A DNA stretch of 64,000 nucleotides from an uncultured Ohtaekwangia sp. (GCA_964409415.1 CAYPDF010000004.1:144946-208945), one strand, 5' to 3'. Counted from the stretch's first letter, positions 50,501 through 61,696 are shown. The notes: generated from the sequence alone by a model not told the origin. Numbers and translations: made by a program.

Positions 50501-50598
50501 GCCTGAATGCTTTTGATGGAAAGTTGGATAATAATTTTTCGATCGACAACTCTGACTTTAGAGTAATGAAAGCTGTCTTACTACTTAATGAAAAATGA
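47502..50598 (+). pseudogene. DUF5107 + TPR protein split by a frameshift at the A6 run 47794-47799 (pseudogene or sequencing error)
   Basis: ORF 47502-47816 (signal peptide, LENEYIKVMILPEIGGKI) continues in another frame as KPFIYFNQVVKFRDIAMRGPWTSGGIE. Confidence 0.8.
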
Positions 50599-50623
50599 AT
50601 ATTACCAATTAAAACCCTGAATT

Positions 50624-51301
50624 ATGAAAATGCAACTAGTTCTATTTCTGATATGTACTTTTTATGCATCTTCAGCACAATATAAATACGGATTAACACC
50701 CACTACCTATAGCCAATATCAGAAGGATGTGCGGGAGAACCCTGAAATGGAATTGGTTGATCTTGAAAAGGCCATTCCAGGTTTGGCTCTTGATATTAGA
50801 TATGCCACCACGAATAATTTTACCGGAGAAGTAATCTATAACCTTGCCAAAGCATACGCACGAAAGCCCGTAGCTGAGGCCCTGGCCAAAGTTCAGTCAG
50901 ATTTGAAAAAGAAAGGCCTGGAATTGAAAATTCATGATGGGTACCGACCTTATTCAGCTACTGTAAAATTTTATGAGGTCTATGGTGATACTACGTTTGT
51001 AGCAAGTCCCTATCAGGGATCAAGACACAATAGAGGTTGCGCGATAGACCTTACCCTAATCGACAGCAAAACAAAACAGGAATTGAATATGCCAACTCCT
51101 TACGACTCTTTTCAGGAGGAGGCCTTTCCTAATTACCCGCTAAAAGATAAAGAGGCCGCTGGCAACAGGGCAATGCTGATTGCGGCAATGGAAAAAAGAG
51201 GATTCAAAGTCTATGATTCAGAGTGGTGGCATTTTGATTTTGTGGGATGGGAAAAATTTGATGTGTTGGATATTGATTTTGAAGAATTGATAAATAAATA
51301 G
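50624..51301 (+). CDS. ddpX: D-alanyl-D-alanine dipeptidase (VanX/DdpX, peptidase M15D) with signal peptide
   Basis: RYATTNNFTG, DGYRP, SRHNRGCAIDLTL, EWWHF. Confidence 0.88.
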   Translation: MKMQLVLFLICTFYASSAQYKYGLTPTTYSQYQKDVRENPEMELVDLEKAIPGLALDIRYATTNNFTGEVIYNLAKAYARKPVAEALAKVQSDLKKKGLELKIHDGYRPYSATVKFYEVYGDTTFVASPYQGSRHNRGCAIDLTLIDSKTKQELNMPTPYDSFQEEAFPNYPLKDKEAAGNRAMLIAAMEKRGFKVYDSEWWHFDFVGWEKFDVLDIDFEELINK

Positions 51302-51306
51302 CTGAT

Positions 51307-51630
51307 ATGACTATTCAGGATGCACAGGCACAAGTAGACCAATGGATTAAAACCCATGGAGTCAGGTATTTCAATGAATTGACAAACACTGCCATCCTTA
51401 CTGAAGAGGTGGGAGAGGTGGCCCGCATCATGGCGCGCAGGTATGGAGAGCAGTCAGAAAAAGAATCTGATAAAGATAAGGACCTGGGCGATGAACTGGC
51501 TGATGTATTATGGGTGTTGATCTGTTTGGCCAATCAAACCGGGACAAATCTAACAGAAGCTTTTAAGAAGAATATGGAGAAGAAATCTAAACGCGACAGT
51601 ATCAGGCACCATAATAATCCCAAACTATAG
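51307..51630 (+). CDS. MazG-like nucleotide pyrophosphohydrolase (YpjD-like)
   Basis: LTEEVGEVAR, GEQSEK, DELADVLWVLICLAN. Confidence 0.92.
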   Translation: MTIQDAQAQVDQWIKTHGVRYFNELTNTAILTEEVGEVARIMARRYGEQSEKESDKDKDLGDELADVLWVLICLANQTGTNLTEAFKKNMEKKSKRDSIRHHNNPKL

Positions 51631-52329
51631 TAAAACCAACCTATCCCTCTTTAAAATGGGGATGACATGATATTGGTCAAGGGTCAGACAAAATTCGATA
51701 TCCTTATAAATGTTAAGGCGATTAAGCCGCTTCACATGAGATGATGTACTAAGGAACTTTACCATATCATCTTTTGCAGAAAGGTAAAGCTCTTGTGCGA
51801 CAATGGGTGCATCACAATCCGGCTCAATGTGCTTTCTAAGATTATCAACCAGGGCACCGGCAAAAAGACTGTCCTCCAGGTTTATCTTCCCTTTCCATCC
51901 AGCACAAACGATTAGAATGTTGTCATCGGACATAAGTAAGTACCTGGAAATGGCCGAAAGATTGAGGAAGGAGCCAATCAATATTTTTTTTGCGCCTTTA
52001 GACTTTTCAATCGCCTGTGTTCCGTTGGTCGTGGTGAATGCAATTTTCAACCCGCTGATATTTTCGTCCATGTATTCAAATGGAGAATTGCCTTTATCAA
52101 ACCCGGGTATCTTTTGTCCGTTGCGTTCACCCGAAATAACATATCCCCTGAATTTCATTCGCTCACATTCTTTTTCGCTGGCCATTGGAATGATGCACTC
52201 TACACCGTGTGCCAGGGCAGTAACCATACAACTGGTGGCACGAAGAATATCCACCACCACTACAGCTTTGTTTGACACATCGTAAAGATGGATAAGTTCA
52301 GGACTTAGGCACACATCAATCGTTTTCAT
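51625..52329 (-). CDS. comB: 2-phosphosulfolactate phosphatase family protein
   Basis: VVDILRATS, GERNG..GNSP, TTTNGT, EDSLFAG. Confidence 0.9.
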   Translation of the reverse strand: MKTIDVCLSPELIHLYDVSNKAVVVVDILRATSCMVTALAHGVECIIPMASEKECERMKFRGYVISGERNGQKIPGFDKGNSPFEYMDENISGLKIAFTTTNGTQAIEKSKGAKKILIGSFLNLSAISRYLLMSDDNILIVCAGWKGKINLEDSLFAGALVDNLRKHIEPDCDAPIVAQELYLSAKDDMVKFLSTSSHVKRLNRLNIYKDIEFCLTLDQYHVIPILKRDRLVLL

Positions 52330-52334
52330 ATGTC

Positions 52335-52763
52335 TTAACTTTGATAAATGTGATTCATATGGTAGTCATGATGGTCTGAATTTCTTATTTTGGAGCCGGT
52401 GAAAATCAAGTTTAGTATTACCAAAGTTAATAAGTAAACCCACTTCCAATTGTAAGCTTCAAGATAGTTGATAGCTTGAGCAAGGTGCACTGGTTCCAAT
52501 TTAATAAATGCTTTTAGCTCAACGCAAATTTTATCTTCAACTAAGAAGTCTGCCCTTCTAGTTCCTATATGCTTATCTTTATAGAAAATAGGCATTTCGA
52601 ACTCTCTTGAAAACATTATTTTTTGAAGTTCCATTTCGTATTCTAATGCCCTTTGATAAATGAATTCCTGAAAACCGTTACCTAGTTGATTATGGACTTC
52701 CATCGCGCAGCCAATAATTTTTCCAGTTAATTCTGAATATCGGTATTCGGGTTTTATCATCAT
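52335..52763 (-). pseudogene. GxxExxY protein (PD-(D/E)XK-like) with a 1-nt frameshift at ~52449; corrected stop at 52366
   Basis: GFQEFIY, RADFLVE, VELKA, AQAINYL; the expected C-terminal EVGLLINFG lies in another frame. Confidence 0.85.
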
Positions 52764-52794
52764 GCTATATCATGGCTATCACTTTGATCAAGGT

Positions 52795-53880
52795 TTAAAC
52801 GAATGGTAACTTACTTACTTCGGCTTTTATATCCCGGTTTCGAACTGCAATAAAAATCTCAGATCCAGGACTTGCATGATCAACAGTAACATAACCTAAT
52901 CCGATTCCTATACCTAACATGGGTGACATGGTTCCAGACGTTACTTTCCCAATCACTTGTCCGTTTGCATTTTTAATCTCGTAATCATGGCGAGGGATAC
53001 CCTTATCTATCATTTTGAACCCAACCAATTTGCGTGTAACGCCTGCTTCTTTTTGCTTTTTAAGATTTTCCGAATTGGTAAATTCTTTTGTGAATTTAGT
53101 AATCCAACCCAAGCCGGCTTCGAGTGGAGAGGTGGTGTGATCAATATCATTGCCGTACAAGCAAAAACCTTTTTCTAAACGTAACGTGTCTCGGGCACCA
53201 AGACCGATGGGTTTAATATTCACATCTTTGCCAGCGTCAAAAATGGCGTTCCATACCTTTTCAGCGTTGTCTTTGTGCACATATATTTCAAAACCACCTG
53301 AGCCTGTGTATCCTGTATTGCTCATTACAACATCCTGAGCGCCTGCAAACTCTCCGATGGCGAAGTGATAAAACTTAATTGCCTTAAGGTCAGTCTTTGT
53401 CAATTTTTGAAGAACGCCTACCGCTTTGGGCCCCTGTACTGCAAATAGGCAGATATCATCTGAAATATTTTTCATATCAGCACCCTCTGTGTTGAATTTC
53501 GATATCCAATTCCAGTCATTGTCAATATTGCCAGCATTTACCACTAAGAGGTAATCGTTATCCTTTATTTTATAAACAATAAGATCATCAACGATTCCAC
53601 CATTTTCATCTGGCAAGCACGAGTATTGGGCCTGCCCATCCTCCAGTTTGCTGGCGTCATTAGTAGTTACGCGTTGAATCAAATCCAGGGCCTTTGGTCC
53701 TTTAAGGGTAAATTCCCCCATGTGCGATACATCAAATACACCTACGCTCTCTCGGACAGCCATATGTTCTTCAATGTCAGAAGAATACCGAACGGGCATA
53801 TTAAAACCCGCGAATGGCACCATTTTGGCGCCTAATTTTTCATGAATTGCATTTAGGGGAATTCTCTTTACTTCGTCCAT
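52795..53880 (-). CDS. gcvT: Glycine cleavage system aminomethyltransferase T
   Basis: [48 protein letters not shown] promoter box at 53904-53911. Confidence 0.97.
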   Translation of the reverse strand: MDEVKRIPLNAIHEKLGAKMVPFAGFNMPVRYSSDIEEHMAVRESVGVFDVSHMGEFTLKGPKALDLIQRVTTNDASKLEDGQAQYSCLPDENGGIVDDLIVYKIKDNDYLLVVNAGNIDNDWNWISKFNTEGADMKNISDDICLFAVQGPKAVGVLQKLTKTDLKAIKFYHFAIGEFAGAQDVVMSNTGYTGSGGFEIYVHKDNAEKVWNAIFDAGKDVNIKPIGLGARDTLRLEKGFCLYGNDIDHTTSPLEAGLGWITKFTKEFTNSENLKKQKEAGVTRKLVGFKMIDKGIPRHDYEIKNANGQVIGKVTSGTMSPMLGIGIGLGYVTVDHASPGSEIFIAVRNRDIKAEVSKLPFV

Positions 53881-53927
53881 GTCGTTTAATTTTATTGGTC
53901 CGGCAAAACTAAAGAATCTTTGAGAAC

Positions 53928-56900
53928 TTACTGAATTACTTGAGCAAAGGTGCGTTGGTTATCTATCAAAAACTTCCGCAATGAATTAGCAGGCAGAAGA
54001 GGGCGAAGCCTTTCAAGAGCACTATTGGCGTATTCGCTGAATCCCAACTGAGCTGCTTCAATACTGTACGCTTTCAGAAGTTTTACAGAAAAAGGATTGG
54101 CGTGTAGGGCGTCAGTTAAGATGGAATAGGGCAGTATATTGTCTTTACCATTCTTTTTAAAATAATTTGCTGATGAGATAACCGCGTCTTCAAGATAGGG
54201 ATTGGCATGAGCCAGCCATTTGTATTGCTCCTTTGCAGCAGCTGTATCTGTACTCATTTCACTTTGCAGGGCTTTAAAATAAACTTGAAGACCTTTTCTG
54301 TGACCTGGGAACTGGACATTACTATTTTTTAATCTTTGCGAGAGTATTTGAATATCTCCTTTGTTGGCCAACAATTCCAATTCAAACAGGGCTATTTGGT
54401 TGTAAAGGTTTCTGTCCACTAGTCTGAGTCCGGAAATTTTCCCAAAAACATTTATGGCAGCATCTGTTTCATCCATTTCAAAAAGCTTTTGACTTCGATG
54501 GAGTATGGCTCGTGCTTTCAATTCTTCATTTTCAATTTGTACTATACTCAAATTAAAAGTGGTGGAGTCGAATAAGGATATCTTGTAGTTGCAATACAAT
54601 AATTTTTCATCATCATTTAATGTATTTATCGTATTGGACTTCAATGCTTTTATCATTTGAGTAGCAAATTGATGATAGGTAGAGTCCGTGTTGGTTTTAA
54701 GGCTATCCCATTTTATCAAGGATTCATTGGTTCTCCCTGCTTCAGTGAGTGCGATAGCAGCTACGGGAAGTGCATCTGTATATTGCTGGTTGACTACATA
54801 ATCGATAAAGGAAACTGCATCTTCGGAAGCACCGTTTTCCAGCGACCACATGGCAAGGATGGTATTGTACTTATCCTGATCTTCACTGAAAATGGCGATG
54901 TTTTCCAGAAGTGAAAAAGCTCTTCCTATTTGCCCATCGGCATACAATGAGAGTGCAGCATTGAATAATACGGACTCACTGTAGTCTTTATTAGTTGGTT
55001 TTTCTCCCAATTTGATGGTGAAATTAATAAATGTACTATCCAGTTCTCCAAGATGATTAAGCATGTAATTGTTAAGCAGACTGGCAGAGAACAAATTGAG
55101 AAGTGTGTCCTGCTTCAAATCAATATCCATTTTTATTTTGGTGCCTTGGATATTTGCAAAAGCCAGTGCATTGCTTCTGACACCTATATTATTTGATGAT
55201 ATTAAAGTAAGGAGGGAGTCAGCATTAACAGACAAGTTATTTTTAGCTGCGACTCCAATAAAATTGGCATTGGCTGCATCTCTTATTATTTTTTGATTAT
55301 TGGCCTTTTGAAGATAATATAGGGAAGAGTCAACTAAATTTATTTTGGAATAGATAATTCCAAGAGCATTTTTAATTGGACCACTATCAGGAAAGCGCTT
55401 AATCGCCTCATTGAGTATGAGGCGTGCCTCCAACCATTGCCCGTTTCTTTGGTAAGTCTGACTTAGATTGATGTAGGCAAACTCGGTGGGCCTTCTTTCT
55501 GTGGCGCGATTATAAAAATTTCGTTCTTTGATGGTATTGAAGTTTTTTTTTGCTTCTAGGTTGGCCATGGCATAGTTGGCATGGTGGTTGAGATACCCGT
55601 AGGTACTGGATTGTTGATAAAAGGCCTCCGCAAATTGGCCATTGTCCAGGGTTTGATAAAGATCCCCCACTGCATTATAGTATCCGCTAAAGGCGTTCTG
55701 CACTGGGACCTGCCATGTATTGTAAAAAACAAATGCCAGTGTGGCAATAATGCCTCCGAAGCGAAACGTGAAGTAGGGCATGCTATTCGGCTTATATAAA
55801 ATTTTATAAATGGGTACATTTTTGGCGAGCATTCCCAGAAAGTTGGAAATTATATAGGTCAGGAATATTATACCATAACCTATATGACCATAAATAATTG
55901 CATCATTGATTGTCACCAAAGCAGAGTCGTTGGCAGTGCCAATAAAATAAGCAATTGTAGTAAAGCAAATTGCGCCAAGGCTTAAAAAGAAGTATATCCC
56001 GAACGGATCTGCATCAATTATCTTTTCATATTGTAGTTGACGTTGCCGAAATCCCCACACCCCTAGAACACCAGAAATAGTGATCAACAAGTAAAAATTA
56101 ATATACAGGATATTCCAATCAATTGACCCAATTTTGTGGGCATATGCCAACGATAGGTTGATCATATAAATTAAACTGATGATGAGAAAATGAGTTAGAC
56201 TTTTTCCTTGTTTGCTTGACTGACTCGCAATAAATACAAAAGAGGCAAGAATTTCGTGTGCTACCATAAAGATGAAAACAACACTAATAATAATGCCTAC
56301 TGTAACACCGGTAACGGATAAGTGCAGTAGCGGATATTCTACTGTTGAAAAATTGACGATAATCAACCCCAGCAGCACGGTGATCCCCGTAAACAGGAGA
56401 AGCCTCTTACTGAATGCCACGGCAGTATTGAAAAACTGAAAGTAGAAACTTGGAATACAATATAAAATAAGCACAACGACCGTGAATAGTTTGTTGGGTT
56501 GATCAAAGACAGCAATGATCTCCATTCGGAATCCTACTATAAACAGGATGAACAAACCCATGCCAACCAAATACCAGAACCTTGGTAGAATGGTAACAAG
56601 GGTGAGTAACATGATCATGCTGATTACCAGGATACTTATAAAAATATATCCAGCCGCTACATTGGGTTGCAAAGGCGCTCCAAGCAACTTGTCAAAAATG
56701 AGAAAATTGTCACCGTGAATGGTAAGCTCCAACGATCCCTGCTGGAAGGTATGGACGGGGACCTGGGTGACATCGAGTTCCTGCACACTGTACCAGTCCA
56801 GAGCAGGATTTGGTGAAATAAACCACGAATACCAGAAGAATAGCAGAGAAAAGACAAATGCGGTACCGATCACTAATCCGATTTGCTTATAAGTCTTTGC

Positions 56901-56930
56901 CCAGGAGTTCCAAAACTGAAGAGAGTGCAT
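53928..56930 (-). CDS. Large hypothetical protein: multi-TM N-terminal half and TPR-like C-terminal half
   Basis: ~12 hydrophobic helices followed by TPR-like helical repeats; 1000-aa uninterrupted ORF. Confidence 0.8.
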   Translation of the reverse strand: MHSLQFWNSWAKTYKQIGLVIGTAFVFSLLFFWYSWFISPNPALDWYSVQELDVTQVPVHTFQQGSLELTIHGDNFLIFDKLLGAPLQPNVAAGYIFISILVISMIMLLTLVTILPRFWYLVGMGLFILFIVGFRMEIIAVFDQPNKLFTVVVLILYCIPSFYFQFFNTAVAFSKRLLLFTGITVLLGLIIVNFSTVEYPLLHLSVTGVTVGIIISVVFIFMVAHEILASFVFIASQSSKQGKSLTHFLIISLIYMINLSLAYAHKIGSIDWNILYINFYLLITISGVLGVWGFRQRQLQYEKIIDADPFGIYFFLSLGAICFTTIAYFIGTANDSALVTINDAIIYGHIGYGIIFLTYIISNFLGMLAKNVPIYKILYKPNSMPYFTFRFGGIIATLAFVFYNTWQVPVQNAFSGYYNAVGDLYQTLDNGQFAEAFYQQSSTYGYLNHHANYAMANLEAKKNFNTIKERNFYNRATERRPTEFAYINLSQTYQRNGQWLEARLILNEAIKRFPDSGPIKNALGIIYSKINLVDSSLYYLQKANNQKIIRDAANANFIGVAAKNNLSVNADSLLTLISSNNIGVRSNALAFANIQGTKIKMDIDLKQDTLLNLFSASLLNNYMLNHLGELDSTFINFTIKLGEKPTNKDYSESVLFNAALSLYADGQIGRAFSLLENIAIFSEDQDKYNTILAMWSLENGASEDAVSFIDYVVNQQYTDALPVAAIALTEAGRTNESLIKWDSLKTNTDSTYHQFATQMIKALKSNTINTLNDDEKLLYCNYKISLFDSTTFNLSIVQIENEELKARAILHRSQKLFEMDETDAAINVFGKISGLRLVDRNLYNQIALFELELLANKGDIQILSQRLKNSNVQFPGHRKGLQVYFKALQSEMSTDTAAAKEQYKWLAHANPYLEDAVISSANYFKKNGKDNILPYSILTDALHANPFSVKLLKAYSIEAAQLGFSEYANSALERLRPLLPANSLRKFLIDNQRTFAQVIQ

Positions 56931-57142
56931 TCGGTTAGTAATTTTCGCCTCGCAAACTACAGAGAGACGGGTGAAAATGAAAGCCCCATGAATTCAATAC
57001 TATCATTTAATTGGATTTACTTACTATTTTTATTTAGCCCATTGCTGCGAGGGTACAGCAGTTGGAACATTAGCGTTAAAACCCAATCAACTGGAACGAG
57101 GCAGGGTGGTGAACTCTTATTTGATGTATAAGCTTTATAGGA

Positions 57143-57430
57143 TTATTCCAATACTTTAGGAACTCTAAAAAAATCGCTATCCTTTTTAGGTGCATTTTTG
57201 AGTACTTCTTCTTTGGTGAGTTGATTTTTTACTATGTCTTCGCGCAAAGCATTTACCTCGTGCGACATGGTAGTAAGGGGTTCAATTCCATCTGTGTTAA
57301 CTTCCTTCAATTTTTCCACAAACGAAACTATTTTACTCATTTCCTCCAGCATTTTTGGAACGTCTTTTTCATCTATTTCCAAGCGTGCCAAATGTGCAAT
57401 CTTGCCTAAAGTTTCTTTATCAATCTTCAT
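57143..57430 (-). CDS. gatC: Asp/Glu-tRNA amidotransferase subunit C
   Basis: KIAHLARLE, VNTDGIEP, LREDIV, NAP..FFRVPKV. Confidence 0.95.
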   Translation of the reverse strand: MKIDKETLGKIAHLARLEIDEKDVPKMLEEMSKIVSFVEKLKEVNTDGIEPLTTMSHEVNALREDIVKNQLTKEEVLKNAPKKDSDFFRVPKVLE

Positions 57431-58166
57431 CTTTCAGTATTCCTGGGTTTTCCTTTCTAAGCGCTGTATCTATTATAGTGTAAACCTTTTCCTTCAAAAT
57501 ACTCATGTCATCCAGTGTCATACCTGCGACTTCCACCGGTTCATGAAATATTATTTTTATAGGCACCCAATTCAACAACATGGGTTCTACAGGCAAAAGT
57601 ATCCAATTGTGAGGAATAGTGACCGGAACGATGGGTATTTGTTTTTCGATGGCTGCTCTAAAAGCTCCATCTTTTAGTCGAGCCATTCTAGGGGGTTGAT
57701 GGGTATAGATACCGCCCTCAATAAAAATGGTTAGGCTTTTACCCTCATCCAATGCTTTTAACGATTTCATCAGAGTGGCATACATGCTTTTTAGTTTGGT
57801 GCGGTCTACAGTGATGTGCAGGTGCTTGTACATCCAACCAAAAACAGGAACGGATTCCATTTCACTTTTGCCTACAAAAATGGTATTGTGCTTGTTGAGG
57901 CCCATCGTGGGAATATCAATAAACGAAAAATGATTGGGAGCAAATATGTATTGCTTTTTAGGGTCTAATTTTGTTTTGTATTCTACACTCCATGGAATAC
58001 CCAAAAGAAAAAAAAACGATCGTGCCCACCATCGATTGATAATCCCTACCAACTTGAATTGTTTTGGAGAAAAAATGGGTATGAGAAGGGGAATGAAGTA
58101 GACTATAAACAACAAGCCAAATATCAACATTCCATAAAAGGTATACACTTTTTTTAGAAGCGTCAT
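57420..58166 (-). CDS. Lysophospholipid acyltransferase (PlsC-like)
   Basis: NHFSFID, FIEGG, KDGAF. Confidence 0.88.
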   Translation of the reverse strand: MTLLKKVYTFYGMLIFGLLFIVYFIPLLIPIFSPKQFKLVGIINRWWARSFFFLLGIPWSVEYKTKLDPKKQYIFAPNHFSFIDIPTMGLNKHNTIFVGKSEMESVPVFGWMYKHLHITVDRTKLKSMYATLMKSLKALDEGKSLTIFIEGGIYTHQPPRMARLKDGAFRAAIEKQIPIVPVTIPHNWILLPVEPMLLNWVPIKIIFHEPVEVAGMTLDDMSILKEKVYTIIDTALRKENPGILKDED

Positions 58167-58222
58167 GCAGAGGGATGAGAACAGGTTAGAAATGAAAAAA
58201 TAGACATTGAATCATTAAATAT

Positions 58223-58253
58223 AAAAAATGCCGCTTAGTTTGCGACATTTTTT
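58223..58253 (-). terminator. Intrinsic terminator downstream of the M24 peptidase
   Basis: Minus strand AAAAAATGTCGC-AAACTAA-GCGGCATTTTTT. Confidence 0.7.
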
Positions 58254-58275
58254 GATTGTAGCCTAAATAATTTTG

Positions 58276-59592
58276 TTACTTCACATTGGGAAGTGTCTTC
58301 GGCACCACTATTATTTCTGTTTGACGGCCATCAATATAATTTACACCTCTCTCATCAAAAAAGGCATCTTCTTCCAGTGCAATACGCACGTCTTTATTCC
58401 ACTCTGCCACATTGACTATGCAATTTAATTCAATTGAATAGGCGGTGTTGAGGTGAAGCGGATAATCACCGTCATCCGGAACACCACCCTGTGCATCCCA
58501 CATTCCAAGTGTAGTTCCGGCAGCATGTCCATGATAACCAATCGGGTGGGTGTAGATGGAAGGGGTGATACCTTCAGTGATAGCCTGCGCGCGTGATTCT
58601 GCCAACACCTGGTTACCCGTTTTTCCCTCTTTAAAATTATTAGTAAAAATATCCTGCAAGCGATTTCCTTTCTTAAAGGCTTCTTTGAGATAAGAAGGCG
58701 CATCCGTTTCACCGGGCTTTAAAATATAGGCATGCTCCTGGGTGTCTGTGTTTAGCCTCAGATACGTAATGCCAAAATCTACATGGAGGAAATCACCAGG
58801 ACGGATAACATTTTCTGTAAATGTGCCCGGGCGTTGTATGTCTACACTAGGATGAAACCAGGTATCCAGTTTCAATTCCTTTATTTTTTCTCTGTACCAC
58901 CAAACCAGGTCATCAGTTGTAGTTACTCCAGGCTGAATCACCCTATCAGAGAAACCTTCTGCAATTATTTCATGAGCAATCCTGACGATTTGGGGATAGA
59001 TTTCCATTTCTTTTTTTGACCTTGTTTCCAACCATGCAACAGCCAGTTTTTCAGCGGACACTACGTTGGCTTGCAGTTTTTTAGGCACAACCTTCATCAG
59101 GTTGTCGTAATCGTTAGAGGTTAAGCCATCGGCATGTCCCCAAATCGCTGCTTTATTTACTCCAATCTTCTTGGGGTTACGTTCTTCGATAATTTTTCCA
59201 AGCCTTGCCCATTGATCAGGCTGTTCTTCAGGGTTCCATGCTCTTTTGAACATCTCACCTACATCGTACCGTGCCACTGCCAGATATTCTATCTCTTTAC
59301 CTTTATCAAACATTACCAGCATGGTGGTTCTACGGGCGGCCATCCAGGTAGCGGGTAAAAGCGTTTTGATAACAGGATCTTCATTGTATTCGCGAGACAT
59401 AACTATCCACATATCATAGCCTTCTCTTTTCATTAAGGTGGGCAATAAATTTTGCAGGCGGTCATTCAATAGTTCGTCAATTACCTTGGCTTGTTCCCTT
59501 TGGGTAAGCACGGTTGGATATTGCGCTTGTGAAATAACAGCCAAAAAGAGGCAGCAAAGAGTAATCAGTGAAGTCTTATTAATCATAAACAT
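58276..59592 (-). CDS. M24 family (Xaa-Pro aminopeptidase-like) metallopeptidase, secreted
   Basis: Signal peptide; HVDFGI..TDTQ, THPIGYHGH, SIEL, LEED. Confidence 0.85.
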   Translation of the reverse strand: MFMINKTSLITLCCLFLAVISQAQYPTVLTQREQAKVIDELLNDRLQNLLPTLMKREGYDMWIVMSREYNEDPVIKTLLPATWMAARRTTMLVMFDKGKEIEYLAVARYDVGEMFKRAWNPEEQPDQWARLGKIIEERNPKKIGVNKAAIWGHADGLTSNDYDNLMKVVPKKLQANVVSAEKLAVAWLETRSKKEMEIYPQIVRIAHEIIAEGFSDRVIQPGVTTTDDLVWWYREKIKELKLDTWFHPSVDIQRPGTFTENVIRPGDFLHVDFGITYLRLNTDTQEHAYILKPGETDAPSYLKEAFKKGNRLQDIFTNNFKEGKTGNQVLAESRAQAITEGITPSIYTHPIGYHGHAAGTTLGMWDAQGGVPDDGDYPLHLNTAYSIELNCIVNVAEWNKDVRIALEEDAFFDERGVNYIDGRQTEIIVVPKTLPNVK

Positions 59593-59730
59593 GGTATTTG
59601 GGTTGTTGTTAATTGGGAAATTAAGGTCTTTGAACCCAAAATATACAGCTTATGATCACTATTACACAAATGAATTTGGATCATTGGATTTGCTTTATAG
59701 GCTGCTTCTTAACTTTTGAGTAATTAATAA

Positions 59731-60288
59731 TTATTTGTAAGCAATGACACACCTTTGGTTTTTAAGAATTTCAGTGGCTTTGCCCACCTCAGTTCTGGAT
59801 TTCACATCATTCAATTTTTCCTTGATATTGCTTTCGATTTCCTTCATTTGCATTGCTTCAATAAAACGCTTTACCTCTTCCCTTTCCTCAAGCAATAGGG
59901 CAGGTACGGGAGTGGGTTTGTCATTTTCGTCTTTGGCTACCATAGTAAAATAGGAGGTGTTGGTATGCTTGACCAATCCCAGTTTTACGTTTTCAGCAAT
60001 TACCCTTATTCCAACAATCATTGAGGTTCGCCCCACATAGTTTACAGAAGCCAATAGGGAGACCAGATCTCCTACCTCTACGGGTTGCAGAAATTCAACA
60101 CCGCCTACTGAAACGGTGACGCAATAATTACCAGAGTGTTTGGTGGCACAAGCAAAAGCAACTTTATCCATTAACGAAAGTAATATGCCTCCATGAATCT
60201 TTCCCCCAAAATTGGCGTAGGATGGAATCATTAATTCAGTAATAGTGGTCTGAGAGTGCTTGACAGGCTTGGGTTGGTTCTTATCCAT
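59731..60288 (-). CDS. Acyl-CoA thioesterase (hotdog fold, YciA-like)
   Basis: ANFGGKIHGGILLSLMD, FLQPVEVG, VGRTSM. Confidence 0.92.
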   Translation of the reverse strand: MDKNQPKPVKHSQTTITELMIPSYANFGGKIHGGILLSLMDKVAFACATKHSGNYCVTVSVGGVEFLQPVEVGDLVSLLASVNYVGRTSMIVGIRVIAENVKLGLVKHTNTSYFTMVAKDENDKPTPVPALLLEEREEVKRFIEAMQMKEIESNIKEKLNDVKSRTEVGKATEILKNQRCVIAYK

Positions 60289-60340
60289 AATTAGATTTAT
60301 AACCTTACAAATTATGTAAAACCCTTAAAGATTGAAAGTG

Positions 60341-61696
60341 CTAAGACACTTGGTTGGATGATAGCTTGCGCAAAAGTAGCCTAAATCTGATGAACATAGC
60401 AATTGCAGTGAGCGTGAGTCCAATGAGCAATCCATACCAGATTCCCACACTGCCATATCCGGCTTTAAATCCAAGATAATAACCAAGTGGCAAACCTATA
60501 ACCCAATAGGCAATAAAAACTAAAGCTGAGGGTATTTTCACATCTTGTAATCCTCTCAAGGCACCGGTGCAAACCACTTGAGCGCCATCAGAAAGTTGGA
60601 AGAAGCCGGCAATAACAATCAGTGGGGATGCAATGGCAATTACATCCGCATTATCAATATAAATGGTAGGTAAGAAATTTCGGCCTACGATAAAGAGTAT
60701 AGCCCAAAGTGTCATAAATACCAGCGCAATGAGTATGAGGGTGTAGGCTACATCTTTAAGTTTTTCAAAGTTGCGTTTTCCTAACTCATTGCTCACCCTT
60801 ATTGTTGCGGCTGAGGCAAGTCCTGAGGTGGTCATATAGCTAATGGTTGCCAAATTGATGGCGATCTGATGAGCCGCCAAGCTATCTGTTCCGAGCCATC
60901 CCATCATGATTGCTGAAAAGTCAAATGCAGCCACTTCAAATATAAATTGCATGCCAGCGGGTATACCAATGTTTAGCAAACGTTTGAAAAGTTTAATTGA
61001 ATAGTTGCCAATGGCAAGGCCTGTGCGATAGGGATTGAATTGTTTTGCAAAGTAAATATAACCGGCAATTACAAGCATCATCGCTATTCGTGAAATCAAT
61101 GTTCCCCATCCTGCACCATTTAATCCCAATGCAGGAAGCCCAGCGTGTCCATAGATTAATAGATAATTCAACAGCACATTGAGCACAACGCTGCCCAACA
61201 TAATGATCATGGCGATGCGTGTGTTTGACAATCCCTCCGCAAATTGTCGAAAGGACTGAAAGATAAGAACGGGAAGAAGTGAAAATGCAAGTATGGATAA
61301 ATAAGGAATGGCTAGTTGCACTACATCTTCAGGTTGATCGATATAATGAAGCAAGGGCCTACAGAGAAGCACGATGACTATTAAGATGAGACCATTGACT
61401 AAGGCGATCATCAAGCCATGCCTTAACGTGTCGCTTACTTTTGTCTTGTCATTTTCCCCTTCTGCAGTAGCCACCAGGGGCGTGATGGCATAAGAAACAC
61501 CAATACCAAACAACAATAATATATTGAAAATGACATTGGCAAGAGAAGAAGCTGCAAGGGAAGTGGCTCCCACATGGCCCACCATGATACTATCCGTTAC
61601 GCCTACCATCACATGGCTCAGCTGGCTCAACATAACAGGATATGCTAAATTCCAGCTTTGCTTTACATGGGGTCGATATCTTTCCAATGAAATCAA
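60341..61696 (-). CDS. MATE family efflux transporter (NorM-like)
   Basis: TDSIMVG, PALGLNGAGWGT, LAAHQIA, FQLSDGAQV..GALRG. Confidence 0.92.
   Translation of the reverse strand: MISLERYRPHVKQSWNLAYPVMLSQLSHVMVGVTDSIMVGHVGATSLAASSLANVIFNILLLFGIGVSYAITPLVATAEGENDKTKVSDTLRHGLMIALVNGLILIVIVLLCRPLLHYIDQPEDVVQLAIPYLSILAFSLLPVLIFQSFRQFAEGLSNTRIAMIIMLGSVVLNVLLNYLLIYGHAGLPALGLNGAGWGTLISRIAMMLVIAGYIYFAKQFNPYRTGLAIGNYSIKLFKRLLNIGIPAGMQFIFEVAAFDFSAIMMGWLGTDSLAAHQIAINLATISYMTTSGLASAATIRVSNELGKRNFEKLKDVAYTLILIALVFMTLWAILFIVGRNFLPTIYIDNADVIAIASPLIVIAGFFQLSDGAQVVCTGALRGLQDVKIPSALVFIAYWVIGLPLGYYLGFKAGYGSVGIWYGLLIGLTLTAIAMFIRFRLLLRKLSSNQVS

Noticed and set aside
50624..51301. VanX as a vancomycin-resistance cluster
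   Set aside because: No vanH/vanA/vanRS; stand-alone D-Ala-D-Ala dipeptidases are common in Gram-negative bacteria
56883..57131. 82-aa plus-strand ORF or structured RNA between gatC and the large membrane gene
   Set aside because: No recognisable motif, second copy or convincing fold
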